49,815 nt of DNA from Hymenobacter sp. Its GTDB lineage: Bacteria; Bacteroidota; Bacteroidia; Cytophagales; Hymenobacteraceae. Location: NCBI GenBank assembly GCA_025353745.1, contig JANXOE010000302.1, positions 1-49,815 of the forward strand, in the 5' to 3' direction. A program made the position numbers and the translations under genes. This document shows, one piece after another, positions 48,466 through 49,815 of this stretch (positions are counted from its first letter, which is position 1; each line of letters begins with the position of its first letter). The notes beneath the pieces are model-generated. The model was not told the origin of the DNA and searched no databases. It saw only the letters and a program-made list of their open reading frames with translations.

Positions 48466-48624
48466 CACATTATTACAAGTCCCGTTGGCGCTACTGGTAG
48501 CGGGCAGGTTCTAACCAAGTAAGCGACGCGCAGTTTTCCTGAACTTTTGGGGGCTGAGTTTCGCTTTCTTGCCGTAGGGACTTGTTTTTCATCTAACTTC
48601 ACCACCTCTTTTTTACTCTTTACA

Positions 48625-49815
48625 ATGGCTAAAGAAAATTTCGACCGGTCCAAGCCGCACGTTAACATCGGCACCATCGGCCACGTTGACCACGGCAAAA
48701 CGACTCTGACGGCTGCAATCACCATGGTGTTGGCAAACCAGGGCCTGGCCGAAAAGCGTGATTTCTCTTCGATCGACAATGCTCCCGAAGAAAAAGAGCG
48801 TGGTATCACCATCAACACTTCGCACGTAGAGTACTCGACGGTTAACCGTCACTACGCTCACGTGGACTGCCCCGGCCACGCCGACTATGTGAAGAACATG
48901 GTGACCGGTGCCGCCCAAATGGACGGCGCTATCCTCGTGGTAGCCGCCACCGACGGCCCCATGCCCCAAACCCGCGAGCACATCCTGCTCGCCCGTCAGG
49001 TAGGCGTGCCCCAGCTGGTGGTGTTCATGAACAAAGTGGACATGGTGGACGATCCCGAGCTGTTGGAGCTGGTGGAGATGGAAATCCGTGAGCTGCTCTC
49101 GTTCTACGACTTCGACGGCGATAACATTCCGATTATCCAAGGCTCGGCCCTCGGTGGTTTGAACGGCGATGCCAACTGGGTGCCGAAAATCAACGAGCTG
49201 ATGGAAGCGGTTGACTCGTTCATTCCGATTCCGGCCCGTCTGACCGACCTGCCTTTCCTGATGCCAGTTGAGGACGTGTTCTCGATCACCGGCCGTGGCA
49301 CCGTTGCCACCGGTCGTATCGAGCGCGGCATCATCAACTCGGGCGAGCAAGTGGACATCCTCGGCATGGGCGCCAAGCAAGGCCTCAAGTCGACCGTAAC
49401 CGGTGTGGAGATGTTCCGCAAAATTCTTGACCGTGGCGAAGCTGGCGACAACGTCGGCCTGCTGCTCCGCGGCATTGAGAAAGACGACATCCGCCGCGGC
49501 ATGGTTATCTGCAAGCCCGGCTCGGTAACTCCCCACCAGAAGTTCAAGGCTGAAGTGTACGTCCTCTCGAAAGAGGAAGGCGGCCGCCACACCCCGTTCT
49601 TCAACAACTACCGCCCGCAGTTCTACCTGCGCACCACCGACGTTACCGGCATCATTACCCTGCCCGAAGGCGTAGAGATGGTAATGCCCGGCGACAACAT
49701 CACCATCACCGTTGAGTTGATCAACAAGGTGGCGATGGAGAAAGGCCTCCGCTTCGCTATCCGCGAGGGTGGCCGCACGGTGGGTGCCGGTCAGGTGACG
49801 GAAGTACTCGACTAG
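48625..49815 (+). CDS. tuf: Elongation factor Tu
   Basis: [34 protein letters not shown]; downstream of tRNA-Tyr-Gly-Thr. Confidence 0.99.
   Translation: MAKENFDRSKPHVNIGTIGHVDHGKTTLTAAITMVLANQGLAEKRDFSSIDNAPEEKERGITINTSHVEYSTVNRHYAHVDCPGHADYVKNMVTGAAQMDGAILVVAATDGPMPQTREHILLARQVGVPQLVVFMNKVDMVDDPELLELVEMEIRELLSFYDFDGDNIPIIQGSALGGLNGDANWVPKINELMEAVDSFIPIPARLTDLPFLMPVEDVFSITGRGTVATGRIERGIINSGEQVDILGMGAKQGLKSTVTGVEMFRKILDRGEAGDNVGLLLRGIEKDDIRRGMVICKPGSVTPHQKFKAEVYVLSKEEGGRHTPFFNNYRPQFYLRTTDVTGIITLPEGVEMVMPGDNITITVELINKVAMEKGLRFAIREGGRTVGAGQVTEVLD

Overview
GC-rich chromosomal segment from a Bacteroidota bacterium, most likely Cytophagales/Hymenobacter-like. This is inferred from T9SS genes, TAnnTTTG promoter boxes, the split atp operon, the rpsU-xerC-hpf order and very high GC3. 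Most of the window is housekeeping: a class A PBP interrupted by one in-frame TAG, sprE/porW, atpZ/I-like-atpBEFHAG, aroE, dedA, bestrophin, a T9SS cargo protein, comA plus a TPR protein, wza-wzc-PHP phosphatase-epimerase, acyl-CoA dehydrogenase, rpsU-xerC-hpf, metK/methyltransferase/ahcY, DyP peroxidase, SDR, pnuC-GT2-GT9-waaL-like, an ECF sigma/ZAS anti-sigma pair, gmk-nadD, frr-pyrH, BCCP, an M1 aminopeptidase, tRNA-Tyr/Gly/Thr and tuf. I found no transposase, prophage, CRISPR array or recognisable defence system, and I cannot claim a clear new multi-gene system. The most unusual signals are: (i) a diverged tail-to-tail inverted duplicate of the PBP 3' end folded around a GTAG-type REP cluster at the window start, next to the PBP copy with the nonsense codon; (ii) an apparent window-wide excess of the palindrome GGGGCCCC/GGGCCC, resembling cyanobacterial HIP1; (iii) several palindromic intergenic elements and candidate regulatory structures. 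Start codons were refined by eye and all counts are manual.
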